A stretch of DNA of 64,000 nucleotides from an uncultured Butyrivibrio sp. (GTDB lineage Bacteria; Bacillota; Clostridia; Lachnospirales; Lachnospiraceae). The notes beneath the pieces are model-generated. The model had not been told where the DNA came from and did no database searches. It saw only the letters and a list, made by a program, of their open reading frames with translations. The position numbers and the translations under genes were made by a program. Shown here in pieces: positions 21,375 through 30,685 of the stretch (its first letter is position 1; the number at the start of each line of letters is the position of its first letter). The DNA lies in contig CAYONC010000006.1 in assembly GCA_964405265.1 (NCBI GenBank), positions 38,174 to 102,173 of the forward strand. Direction: 5' to 3'.

Positions 21375-21454
21375 TTATGTTCCAACAACCTGTTCTGCTC
21401 CGTATAACGAAGCCGTTCCTTCATGATTATTCTGCATTTCCAAGTATTATAATA

Positions 21455-22423
21455 CTATATCTGCATATTTTCCAGTACAAACTCCCTTTTTATCTGCAGA
21501 AGAGTCTTCATCTGCATGAGAATATAAAATAAAACAGCCCTTGATTCAAATTCTTCCCTTGTTCCGGGAAGCTTCTGTTTTTTCATATTATCAAAAAGTC
21601 CTTCAAGCTCTTCAAGAAGTCCTGCAACCGTATTATCCTTATGAAAACACTGTTCCGTATGCATGAACAGCTCCGCAACCTGTTCTGACTGTTTAGCGGT
21701 ATATGATATTTTCGTCACGCTTTCTTCTATGTCCTTAAGCACATCGCTCTGATGCTCCCTCATTCTTATATAACGCAGCTCCCTTTCATCCATGCTTCTT
21801 AAATCATTGTTGTAATTTTCCATTGCACAGAGTTTTGCTTTTTTAACGGATTCATCAAGTATTTTAAATTCATCCCCGGAAAAATAATTCTTTCCGTTTA
21901 ACTGCCCGGCTATTTTTTTTAATATATCCCTGATACAGTCATCAACTTTTTGTGCATATCCGTCAAAAAGACTTTCCTTCCTTCGTAAATGAAGGTTCAC
22001 AAGCACGCCGAATCCTACTCCGGTTACAAACAGGAGCGTTTCATTAAGTATGAGTTCCCATGTCATGCTTCTCTCTGTCAGAAAGTGGGTTATGAGCACG
22101 GAATTCATAACTATTCCGTCCTCCCAGCCGAGCATCATGCACAGCATGATAAAAAGAAACAGATATACACCAAATGCCGGCAGCGTGAATCCCATGATAC
22201 CATAAGCTCCTGCCGCAAGCAGAAGTGCAGCGGCATATGCACCTGCCCTGTTAAGTGCAACCTGTATTGTCTCCCTTTTTGTATTCTGAATGCTCAATAT
22301 GGCTATTATTCCTGCAGTCGGATAATATTTCAGACCTGCTTCACCTGCAACTATTATGGCAGGCAAAGCCGCGAGTACCGTTTTAAGCGTTCTGATAATA
22401 TTGTTTCCTGTTAATTTTTTCAT
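21455..22423 (-). CDS. Aromatic acid exporter/FUSC-like (YgaE-type) membrane protein
   Basis: IIRTLKT, AGIIAILSIQNTKRET, C-terminal LPGTREEFESRAVLF; ATG 22423 overlaps cinA stop. Confidence 0.8.
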   Translation of the reverse strand: MKKLTGNNIIRTLKTVLAALPAIIVAGEAGLKYYPTAGIIAILSIQNTKRETIQVALNRAGAYAAALLLAAGAYGIMGFTLPAFGVYLFLFIMLCMMLGWEDGIVMNSVLITHFLTERSMTWELILNETLLFVTGVGFGVLVNLHLRRKESLFDGYAQKVDDCIRDILKKIAGQLNGKNYFSGDEFKILDESVKKAKLCAMENYNNDLRSMDERELRYIRMREHQSDVLKDIEESVTKISYTAKQSEQVAELFMHTEQCFHKDNTVAGLLEELEGLFDNMKKQKLPGTREEFESRAVLFYILMQMKTLLQIKREFVLENMQI

Positions 22424-22950
22424 GTAATTTTTTCTTTCTTCAGACAATCCGTCAGGATATCATATAATTTTTCCGCAACGGCAAGTTTATATTCATGTCT
22501 TGAATTTCTTTTTCCCGTACATATCCGGTGTGACTCGTTTTTTCCCAATACGTCAACCGCAATATAGACTTTTCCTTCTGCAGAATGTTCCGCATTATTC
22601 TTATCCGCATTACCAAGCGTTCCTGTTATTCCTATTCCTATATCGGCACCAAATGCAATTCTGCAGCAGCGTGCCATTGAAGCCGCCGTTTCCTCTGAAT
22701 AAACCGAATACTTGTCTATTATTTCTGACGGAATGCCAAGCTTAATTTTAATGTCGTTGGAATATGCCACATAAGAGCCTTTGAAAATTTCCGTTGCCCC
22801 TTCAGCGTCCGTCAGAAGCGATGCTATCATTCCCGATGTTGCACTTTCCATGACCGTAACCGTTTTTTTATTTCTGATAAGCATGTCCGTTATTCCGTTG
22901 TATTTTTTTATTATCTCATTTTCATTTAATTCCATGTCTGTACCTCTCAT
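22420..22950 (-). CDS. cinA: CinA C-terminal domain, nicotinamide-nucleotide amidohydrolase (PncC-like)
   Basis: VTVMESATSGMIAS, GSYVAYSN..K..LGI, VYSEETA..MA, GIGITG. Confidence 0.85.
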   Translation of the reverse strand: MRGTDMELNENEIIKKYNGITDMLIRNKKTVTVMESATSGMIASLLTDAEGATEIFKGSYVAYSNDIKIKLGIPSEIIDKYSVYSEETAASMARCCRIAFGADIGIGITGTLGNADKNNAEHSAEGKVYIAVDVLGKNESHRICTGKRNSRHEYKLAVAEKLYDILTDCLKKEKIT

Positions 22951-23711
22951 ATCGGACTGCAGATCATTACCATATTATTCGTCCTTACCAGCCGGCATAC
23001 AACGCCGCTTGTGCTGTTGAGTGCCTCAACACTCATACCGTTCCCGACATAAATTGCAACATGATCAATGTTCATGAACCTTCCGTTCTGAGAAGAGCTG
23101 TAAAAAATCAAATCTCCCGGCTTCATGTTATCATATGAACGTGCTTTTCCTGCCTCATAAAGCAGCTGAGCCTCTGCGGCTGCCGTATTTATGCCGTTGC
23201 GGCTGATATTTATTCCTGCATTAAGACATGAATAATACGCAAGTGAGCTGCAGTCATAATATGAGCCGGAATCTCTTTTTTCCTGCGAATAAGGATATCC
23301 GACCTTTGAAAGCGCATAGGTGCATATAAGTTTTCTCTCCGTTTCTTCCATATCCTGTATTGCACCGGTTTCAGCCGGAGCTTCCGTCAGGGCTTCAATC
23401 GGGGCTTCTGTCGGGGCTTCTGTCGGGGCTTCTGTCGGGGCTTCAATCGGGGCTTCCGTCGGGGCTTCTGTCGGGGCTTCCGTCGGGGCTTCCGTCGGGA
23501 CTTCCGTCGGGGCTTCAATCGGGGCTTCAATCGGGGCTTCTGTCGGGGCTTCAATCGGGGCTTCCGTCGAAGCCTCCGTTACAGACTCTGCCTGTAACGG
23601 CTTCATAAGCTCCGTACCTGCGTTCCTGTCATGTAAATAATTAATACAATGCAATGTAAAAACCGATAATGCAGCCACAATATTCACGATGGTTCTTGTA
23701 TATTTTCTCAT
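22947..23711 (-). CDS. NlpC/P60 (C40) peptidase with PTEA repeat stalk
   Basis: Signal/anchor; GYPYSQ, YDCSSL (Cys), PGDLIFY, DHVAIYVG (His). Confidence 0.9.
   Translation of the reverse strand: MRKYTRTIVNIVAALSVFTLHCINYLHDRNAGTELMKPLQAESVTEASTEAPIEAPTEAPIEAPIEAPTEVPTEAPTEAPTEAPTEAPIEAPTEAPTEAPTEAPIEALTEAPAETGAIQDMEETERKLICTYALSKVGYPYSQEKRDSGSYYDCSSLAYYSCLNAGINISRNGINTAAAEAQLLYEAGKARSYDNMKPGDLIFYSSSQNGRFMNIDHVAIYVGNGMSVEALNSTSGVVCRLVRTNNMVMICSPI
23378..23580. repeat. In-frame 12-bp tandem repeat, about 16-17 copies (PTEA/PIEA)
   Basis: tcggggcttc(tg/cg/aa) repeated head to tail. Confidence 0.95.
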
Positions 23712-24460
23712 ACTTCCGGCTGTTTTCCTTTTTTCTCCGGTATATACGGGAAGGTCGGCATAAGCTCAAGTTTAAACCTGTTCATTCTGTTCATCCTGTC
23801 TATTTTTTCCTTTACTTCGTCATCATCACATACTCCGGTTCTGATATATCTGTCAAGCACATCATAGGTAAAGCCGATTTTTTCCTCATCCGATTTACCG
23901 CTTAACCCGTCACTCGGTGTCTTATATATGAGATTATGCGGAAGTCCGAGTGCCTCACCAATCTGCCTTGCTTCTGTCACCGTAATATTGGCAAGCGGCG
24001 AAAAATCACCTGCACTGTCCCCATACCGTGTTGAATATCCTATCCAGTCTTCTGAAAGATTACAGGTATTCGCCACCCTTCCGTTATTGCTCTGACTTAC
24101 TGCATACAGGACTGACATTCTTATTCTTGGCGGAAGGTTTATGCGCGTCTGTTCTGAAATTTCTATTCCTGCACAATTCATTTCACTGATAACCCCTTCA
24201 ACGGATGACTTTATATTAATTACATAATGTCTGATTTCAAGATGATTCACTAATTGCAGGGCATCATCAATGTCCGCCTGTTCTCCGTCCGGCATAAGCA
24301 CTCCTATTACCCTGTCCCTGCCCAGTGCTTCCGTACACAGTGCAGCAACAATGGACGAATCCTTACCTCCTGATATGCCTATTACGGCATTGCATCCCTT
24401 TCCGTTTTTCTCAAACCATTCCCTTATCCACCCGATTATTCTGTCTTTTAAACTTTCCAT
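23708..24460 (-). CDS. nadE: NH3-dependent NAD+ synthetase (single domain, no glutaminase domain)
   Basis: IGISGGKDSS, NLPPRIRM, TCNLSE..IGYSTRYGD, KTPSDGL, DEEKIG; about 250 aa. Confidence 0.93.
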   Translation of the reverse strand: MESLKDRIIGWIREWFEKNGKGCNAVIGISGGKDSSIVAALCTEALGRDRVIGVLMPDGEQADIDDALQLVNHLEIRHYVINIKSSVEGVISEMNCAGIEISEQTRINLPPRIRMSVLYAVSQSNNGRVANTCNLSEDWIGYSTRYGDSAGDFSPLANITVTEARQIGEALGLPHNLIYKTPSDGLSGKSDEEKIGFTYDVLDRYIRTGVCDDDEVKEKIDRMNRMNRFKLELMPTFPYIPEKKGKQPEV

Positions 24461-24480
24461 TTTCAAAGCCTCCGCATATG

Positions 24481-25776
24481 TCAGTTATATGTTATGTCAT
24501 ATGATATACTGCCGTTTCCGTATTTGCATGAATAACTCACGCCCTTTCCGGCTATGAAGGTATCAACCTTTTCCATTATGGCATCAACACTTACCGAATC
24601 ATTATTCAGCAAAAATATGTATCTGCCTGAATCAGTCATTAATGCTATGGCAGAATCTGCTTCCGTTTCCGAATTTATCGTGAATATTCCGCTGTATCCC
24701 ATTATGGTATACGGATATTCATTATATTCTGACGAGGTTCCGTATTGCGACGGTGTATTGCCTGCATATTTATCTGCCGTGTGTGTCATGGATATTTTGT
24801 CATATGTACACAGAAAATATGTATATGATATATTGGAACCGTCCTTATAATCGCTTGTTCCTTTTATCATCGGATCATCCCATGTAACATCCATAAAATA
24901 CCATTCACCGTTAATCATTACGCCGTTCCATGCATGAGGCTCACCTGCATCTCCTGATACAAGTGAACATGGTATGTCCAGTTCATTCATAAATACATAA
25001 AATGCAACCGAATAGCCCTGACACACGGCAATTCTGTTATTAAGTATATTATACAGATGGTTCCGTGCATCACTTCTGGAATAATATGACGTGTCATATT
25101 TTGTATTAACGACAAGGTAATCATGAACCGCCTTAATTTTCTCAAGATCCGACATGTCGGTATATATTATTCCGCTTATTATGTTGCGGACTCTTACAAT
25201 ATCATCCGTGGTTATATTACTGTAACTGCTTATTTCAGGATATGTGGTTATTTCACCTGAAACAATGAGCGGTATGTGTGCTGACGGTGCTGAGGTCACA
25301 GGCTCCGTTGGTGCTGCCGTCTCTGATTCTGCCGGCGACGATGTTGCAGGTTCCGCGGGCTTAACAGCCGGTGATGATGTTGCAGGTTCCGCAGGCTTAA
25401 CAGCTGGCGACGATGTTGCAGGCTCCACAGGCTTAACCGTTGAAGGCTCAGTCGGTTTAACTGATGGTACACGTGTTGCAGGTTCCGTAACTGTCTCTTC
25501 TGGTCTTACTGTCTGTGTCTCCTCCGGAAATCCGGTTTCATTTTCCGTTGGTATCTCCGTTCCGTTCTCTCCGGCTGTATCGTTATTTTCAGAAAATGAT
25601 GAGGTATTCTCCGTTTCTCTGTCAGACTCCGCAATATTATCATGTTCATCACTTACCGAAGTAACCCTGTCATTAATATTTACGCTGTCCGGACGTTTCT
25701 TCGTGCATCCTGCCGTCAATACCGTTAAAATTATAACCGCCATTAACAGCATGTTTTTTCTAAACATTTTTTTCAT
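24481..25776 (-). CDS. Lipoprotein with transglutaminase-like (Cys-His-Asp) domain and Pro/Thr linker
   Basis: Lipobox LTAGC; AVHDYL, VCQGYS, HAWN, MDVTWDD. Confidence 0.85.
   Translation of the reverse strand: MKKMFRKNMLLMAVIILTVLTAGCTKKRPDSVNINDRVTSVSDEHDNIAESDRETENTSSFSENNDTAGENGTEIPTENETGFPEETQTVRPEETVTEPATRVPSVKPTEPSTVKPVEPATSSPAVKPAEPATSSPAVKPAEPATSSPAESETAAPTEPVTSAPSAHIPLIVSGEITTYPEISSYSNITTDDIVRVRNIISGIIYTDMSDLEKIKAVHDYLVVNTKYDTSYYSRSDARNHLYNILNNRIAVCQGYSVAFYVFMNELDIPCSLVSGDAGEPHAWNGVMINGEWYFMDVTWDDPMIKGTSDYKDGSNISYTYFLCTYDKISMTHTADKYAGNTPSQYGTSSEYNEYPYTIMGYSGIFTINSETEADSAIALMTDSGRYIFLLNNDSVSVDAIMEKVDTFIAGKGVSYSCKYGNGSISYDITYN
25331..25461. repeat. In-frame 36-bp repeat, about 3-3.5 copies (SSPAVKPAEPAT)
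   Basis: gatgttgcagg(t/c)tcc...ggcttaac repeated. Confidence 0.8.
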
Positions 25777-25837
25777 ATGAATCGCACTCCTCAGACTTTA
25801 ATTAACATGATTATACCATATAACATTCTTCTGTAAA

Positions 25838-25878
25838 AGAAAAAAGGATGCAGAATCACAATTCCGCATCCTTCTTTT
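25838..25878 (-). terminator. Intrinsic terminator after gatB
   Basis: aaggatgc...gcatcctt hairpin with T tracts available on both strands. Confidence 0.8.
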
Positions 25879-25885
25879 ATTCTGT

Positions 25886-27310
25886 TTATAAGCTGTTAAG
25901 CCTGTTTTCCAGTGTTTCTTTTAAAACAGCCGGATCAACAATTCCCTTGAGTTCCTTCATACACGCACCGAAAATTGACTGGAATGCTTTAACCTTTCCG
26001 TTTTTGTAATCAGTTACCGCCTGTACGTTGGCTTTAATCACTTCGTCAATTACCGTTTCCATCCTTGAAGAATCCACTTTTTTATCAAATCCGTTTTCTT
26101 TACAATATTCAACAGGATTCACATCTTCTTCAAAGACTGCAGCGAGAACCTTTTTACCTGAAATTCTGTTAATCGTTCCTGATTCAACCATTTTTATGAT
26201 TGATATCATTTTTTCAGAAGAAATATCAAGCATATCTATTGTTTTACCTTCTTTTCTCAGAAGACCCACACATTCCGTAAGTATCCAGCCGGATGCTTCC
26301 TTTGCCGTACAGCCTGCTGCAGTCACCTCGTCAAACAGTTCCGCTATATTCTTGTTGCCGATTATCATACTGATTTCTTTATCGGAAAGTCCTGCTTCCT
26401 GATATTCCACTGTTTTATCATCAATTTCTACCGGTCTGTTGCGCTTAATCTGCTCAATCCATTCATCATCAATAACTATCGGCATAAGGTTAGGATCCGG
26501 AAAATATCTGTAATCAGCTTCCGTTTCCTTGTTACGCATTGCAAATGTCTTTCCGCTTGCAACATCAAACCTTCTCGTCTCCTGTACAAGTTCTTCCGTT
26601 TCATACTCTATTGCATCTATATGCCTCTGTGCTTCATAATTGATTGCTTTCTCAATCGCCTCAAAAGAACTCATGTTCTTTATTTCTGAACGTACACCAA
26701 GCTCTTCACTTCCTTCAGGGCGTACGGAAATGTTGACATCGCATCTCATTGCGCCCTCTTCACACTCTGAGATACCTCCGAATCTCATCATTGACTTGAG
26801 CTTTGTAAGGTATGAAATAACCTCTTCCGCACTTCTGAAATCAGGCTGGGTCACAATTTCAATGAGAGGAACACTGGTACGGTTAAAATCCACATATGAA
26901 AAGCTTCCGCTGTGAACAAGCTTTCCTGCATCCTCTTCCATGTGAATCTGTTTAATTCTTATTTCACGTACGCCTGCGGACGATTTTACCTTCACAAGAC
27001 CGTTTCTGCATATAGGATGATTAAGCTGCGTTATCTGATATGCACAAGGCAGATCCGGATAATAGTAATTCTTCTTGTCAAAGGTTGTATACCTGCTGAT
27101 TTCGCAGTTAAGCATAAGTCCTGCCGCAACCGCAAGCTCCACTACATGCTTATTCATTACGGGAAGCATTCCCGGCATACCGGAACACGCCGGACATACA
27201 CAGTCATTCGGCTCTTTGGCTGATGAATGTCCTCCGCAGGAGCAGAAAATTTTTGATTCCGTATTTAATTCAACATGGGTTTCAAGACCTATTACAAGTT
27301 CGTACTTCAT
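25886..27310 (-). CDS. gatB: Asp/Glu-tRNA amidotransferase subunit B
   Basis: IGLETHVEL, FCSC/CPAC, KNYYYPDLP, HMEEDAGK, DFNR..VPLIEIV, RCDVN, YRYFPDP. Confidence 0.96.
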   Translation of the reverse strand: MKYELVIGLETHVELNTESKIFCSCGGHSSAKEPNDCVCPACSGMPGMLPVMNKHVVELAVAAGLMLNCEISRYTTFDKKNYYYPDLPCAYQITQLNHPICRNGLVKVKSSAGVREIRIKQIHMEEDAGKLVHSGSFSYVDFNRTSVPLIEIVTQPDFRSAEEVISYLTKLKSMMRFGGISECEEGAMRCDVNISVRPEGSEELGVRSEIKNMSSFEAIEKAINYEAQRHIDAIEYETEELVQETRRFDVASGKTFAMRNKETEADYRYFPDPNLMPIVIDDEWIEQIKRNRPVEIDDKTVEYQEAGLSDKEISMIIGNKNIAELFDEVTAAGCTAKEASGWILTECVGLLRKEGKTIDMLDISSEKMISIIKMVESGTINRISGKKVLAAVFEEDVNPVEYCKENGFDKKVDSSRMETVIDEVIKANVQAVTDYKNGKVKAFQSIFGACMKELKGIVDPAVLKETLENRLNSL

Positions 27311-28501
27311 CTATTTTCCCTCCTTTTCAACAGCACCTGCAATGCTGAGCAGTGTATTTTCATTAAATGCCTTTCCCATAAGCTGCACACCGGATGTTAC
27401 AAGCGAAGGAATACCCGTAAGATTTGCTGCCGAAGTAAAAATACTTTCCGCATATACCTTCTCAAAAGCTCCGGAAATATCATAGCTTTCATATTTTAAG
27501 GTGCTGCACGCCGGTATCAGCACCGCATCATATTTTTCAAAAATATCCTTAAGCCTGTCACTTATTACACGCCTGATTCTCAATGACTTGTCATAGCAGT
27601 CAGCGTAACGCTGCTTTGAAAGCACGTCAGAGCCATACAGAATAACAGCCTTGGTAAGGAAGTTAAAACCTTCCGTCCTTGAATTAACATACAGCTCATC
27701 AATATTTCTGTATTTTTCCGCACGATATCCGAATTTAACACCGTCATATCGTGACACATTGTTGCAGGTCTCTGCCGACATCAGAATCTGCCATGCAACG
27801 TTTGCCGTTCTGAATATGTCCGCAGATATTTCTTCCGTTATTATTCCGTTTTCTTCGGACTTCCGTACAAAGCTTTTAATTTTTTCCCTTACGATGTTAT
27901 CCGCCATATCGGCAAGTTCACTGATAACGGCGATTTTTTTGCCCTTAACCTCTTCACCGGCAGAGTATGAATATTTTTCTTCTTTAAGGCTTGTTCCGTC
28001 CTTATCGTCATGTCCTGCAATAATACCCATTATCTCTGCAGTCTTTCGTGCATCGGACGCATATACGCCAACCTGTTCTCCTGATGCCGCCGTGGAAATT
28101 ATTCCGTATCTTGAAACGGTTCCATAGGTGGGTTTTAAAAAGTCAACTCCCGAAACTGCTGCCGCTCTCCTCGGTGCACCATTTACGTCAACCCCGAGTG
28201 CCGCCTCTGCGCCGCCGTCGGCAACAAGCTGTGCCGCCGCACCTTTAATTTCTCCCTCAGCCCTGTTAAAATGTGAAAACTCTCCCATTAAATCAAGCCC
28301 GAATTCTCCGGTATGTGTTTTGCCCGAAACGGAATATCCCGCATTTTCGAGACGTACCACTGCTTCCGCACTGAATAACGGCTTAAATCCCGTTAATATT
28401 TTTGAACCGTATGACGCCATACAGTCCCTGACAAGTATACTGTCATCAACCGCAATATTGCCGTTTTTATTTATTGAAGCATAATAATAATTCATTGACA
28501 A
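27311..28501 (-). CDS. gatA: GatA homologue, N-terminally short, catalytic triad absent
   Basis: LKPTYGTVSRYG, NVSRYDGVKFGYR, SRTEGF, ANLTGIP conserved; IAVDD replaces IxxKD and GVDVNGAPR replaces GSDTGGSIR; stop abuts gatB ATG. Confidence 0.88.
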   Translation of the reverse strand: MSMNYYYASINKNGNIAVDDSILVRDCMASYGSKILTGFKPLFSAEAVVRLENAGYSVSGKTHTGEFGLDLMGEFSHFNRAEGEIKGAAAQLVADGGAEAALGVDVNGAPRRAAAVSGVDFLKPTYGTVSRYGIISTAASGEQVGVYASDARKTAEIMGIIAGHDDKDGTSLKEEKYSYSAGEEVKGKKIAVISELADMADNIVREKIKSFVRKSEENGIITEEISADIFRTANVAWQILMSAETCNNVSRYDGVKFGYRAEKYRNIDELYVNSRTEGFNFLTKAVILYGSDVLSKQRYADCYDKSLRIRRVISDRLKDIFEKYDAVLIPACSTLKYESYDISGAFEKVYAESIFTSAANLTGIPSLVTSGVQLMGKAFNENTLLSIAGAVEKEGK

Positions 28502-28509
28502 TGTCCTCC

Positions 28510-30591
28510 TTATTTAACAAGTCTTGGTACCTGCCAGCTGTTTTCGTTGTGTGCAGGTGCTCCTTCAAGAAGTTCATCCCTGGTAAAAGGCTGAACCCTT
28601 ACATCTTCACGAAGAACATTATTCATCGGTGAAACATAAATCATTTCTTCGACGTTTTCCGTATCCGTCGTCTTCAGTATTTCTTCCTGTTCCTTCATCA
28701 TGCTGAAAATATCTTTTACCCTGTTTTCTTCTTCTTCGGTAAGTGCCAGCTGGTTAAGCTGCTGAGCATTTGAAAATGTTGAACGCTTTCCCTGTGCTCC
28801 CCTGTATGATGTCTGAGGTCCCATGCCTGCCCTTCTCTCAAGTGCATTTCCGTTTCCCAGAAGGTGAACATCCTCCAACTGTTCATTGGTTACTTCACCC
28901 GGTGCCCCGAGCAGCAGGTCCTGTGCGTTTCCGTTTAACGGGAATGCTATGACGTCAAGAATCTTTTCCTCATCAGTAAGAAGCATAACCATTCTGTCAA
29001 CGCCCGGTGCCATACCTGCATGAGGCGGTGCGCCATACTGGAAAGCTGTATAAAGCGCATTGAACCTTTTCTTAAGTTCCTCCTCGGAATATCCTGCAAT
29101 TTCAAATGCTTTCTTCATAATGTCAATGTCATGGTTTCGTACCGCACCTGATGCAAGCTCTATTCCGTTGCACACAAGGTCATACTGATATGCAAGTACA
29201 TCCTCAGGATTTTTTGTAAGCAGTGCTTCCATGCCTCCCTGCGGCATTGAAAACGGATTATGCGTAAAAATGGTTGCTCCTGTTTCCTCATCTTCTTCGT
29301 ACATAGGGAAGTCAACAACAAAACAGAATTCAAATGAATCATCCTTAATAAGGTCAAGATTTTCCTTCCTTGCAAGCCATGTTCTTATAAGACCGGCTTT
29401 CTTTTCCGTATCATTTTTCTTCTCATCACAAATGAAAAAGAGTGTCTCATTCTCTTTAATTCCCGTTATTTCAGTAATTTCCGATTTCTGTGCATCACTG
29501 AGGAATTTTGCGATTGGTCCTGCAAAATTTCCGTCCTTCAGTGTAATATATCCGAGTCCTCCGAGTGCAACCTCATCTGACATTGCATACTTTAAGGAAT
29601 CCTCAAAAAATTTCTTGGATTTATTCCTGCAGTCGGCAACAATTCCCCTTACCGGTTTGCCCTTAAATGCCGGGAATGACACTCCTGAGAAGAAATCCGT
29701 CAGATCACGGATTATAAGAGGATTTCTTAAATCCGGCTTATCAGAACCGTATGTCATCATTGCATCCGCATAGGTAATTCTTCTGAAAGGCTTAGGACTT
29801 ACCTTTTTATCGGAAAATTTCACGAATGTATCATATATGACATCTTCACATACCTCAAGAACCTCTTCCTGCGTGGCAAATGCCATTTCAAAATCAAGCT
29901 GGTAAAATTCTCCCGGTGACCTGTCTGCTCTCGCATCCTCATCACGGAAACACGGTGCTATCTGGAAGTATCTGTCAAATCCTGATACCATAAGAAGCTG
30001 TTTAAACTGCTGTGGTGCCTGAGGCAGTGCATAGAATTTTCCGGGATGCTTACGGCTCGGTACAAGAAAATCCCTCGCTCCTTCCGGTGATGATGCCGTA
30101 AGTATCGGTGTCTGCATTTCCAAAAAATCCTTTTCTTCCATTTTATGTCTGAGGAATCGGATTATCTGCGAACGCTTTACGAGATTGTCATGATTTTTCG
30201 GATTACGGAGGTCAAGATAACGGTATTTTAATCTCAGCTCATCCTTAATCTGTCTTGAGCCTGCCACGTCAAACGGTGTCATGTTTTTTGCTTTTCCGAG
30301 TACGGTAAGCTCACTTACCACGAGCTCCACGTAACCTGTATCTATTTTATTATTGACCGTTTCAGGGTCTCTCTTTTCCACTGTTCCCTTTACTGAAATT
30401 ACCGTTTCACGGTTAACATCCTTCAGTAAGTCTTCATTGTGAATTACCGTCTGTGTAATTCCCGTATAATCTCTGATATCCACGAATATGACTCCGCCAT
30501 GGTCACGGATTACGTCAACCCAGCCTGCCAGCTCAACTGTCTGACCGACATGTTCTTCACGGATGTCATTGCAGTGATGTGTTCTGTACAT
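28510..30591 (-). CDS. aspS: Bacterial-type aspartyl-tRNA synthetase (non-discriminating signature) fused to a C-terminal GatC domain
   Basis: MYRTHHC, RDHGG, EGARDFLVPSR, LPQAPQQFKQLLM, CFRDED, GAPPHAG; after a roughly 30-aa Gly-rich linker comes LALTEEE...DTENVE...NVLRED...LLEGAP...WQVPRLV (GatC; about 28510-28767). Confidence 0.93.
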   Translation of the reverse strand: MYRTHHCNDIREEHVGQTVELAGWVDVIRDHGGVIFVDIRDYTGITQTVIHNEDLLKDVNRETVISVKGTVEKRDPETVNNKIDTGYVELVVSELTVLGKAKNMTPFDVAGSRQIKDELRLKYRYLDLRNPKNHDNLVKRSQIIRFLRHKMEEKDFLEMQTPILTASSPEGARDFLVPSRKHPGKFYALPQAPQQFKQLLMVSGFDRYFQIAPCFRDEDARADRSPGEFYQLDFEMAFATQEEVLEVCEDVIYDTFVKFSDKKVSPKPFRRITYADAMMTYGSDKPDLRNPLIIRDLTDFFSGVSFPAFKGKPVRGIVADCRNKSKKFFEDSLKYAMSDEVALGGLGYITLKDGNFAGPIAKFLSDAQKSEITEITGIKENETLFFICDEKKNDTEKKAGLIRTWLARKENLDLIKDDSFEFCFVVDFPMYEEDEETGATIFTHNPFSMPQGGMEALLTKNPEDVLAYQYDLVCNGIELASGAVRNHDIDIMKKAFEIAGYSEEELKKRFNALYTAFQYGAPPHAGMAPGVDRMVMLLTDEEKILDVIAFPLNGNAQDLLLGAPGEVTNEQLEDVHLLGNGNALERRAGMGPQTSYRGAQGKRSTFSNAQQLNQLALTEEEENRVKDIFSMMKEQEEILKTTDTENVEEMIYVSPMNNVLREDVRVQPFTRDELLEGAPAHNENSWQVPRLVK

Positions 30592-30685
30592 CTTCTTCTA
30601 CCTCCTGAATAAAAAATGTATAAAGTACGGCTCTTACCGGATGGTGGTAAATCTTATGTCCGGCAAAATATACATCCGTCAGACA

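Noticed and set aside
23320-23640. GASV- and SGL-repeat ORFs on the plus strand
   Set aside because: Antisense read-outs of the 12-bp PTEA repeat in the NlpC/P60 gene
27311-28501. GatA as a decaying pseudogene
   Set aside because: No stops or frameshifts, coupling to gatB retained, and structural motifs conserved while catalytic ones are specifically lost; treated as a pseudoenzyme, although decay cannot be excluded without homologues
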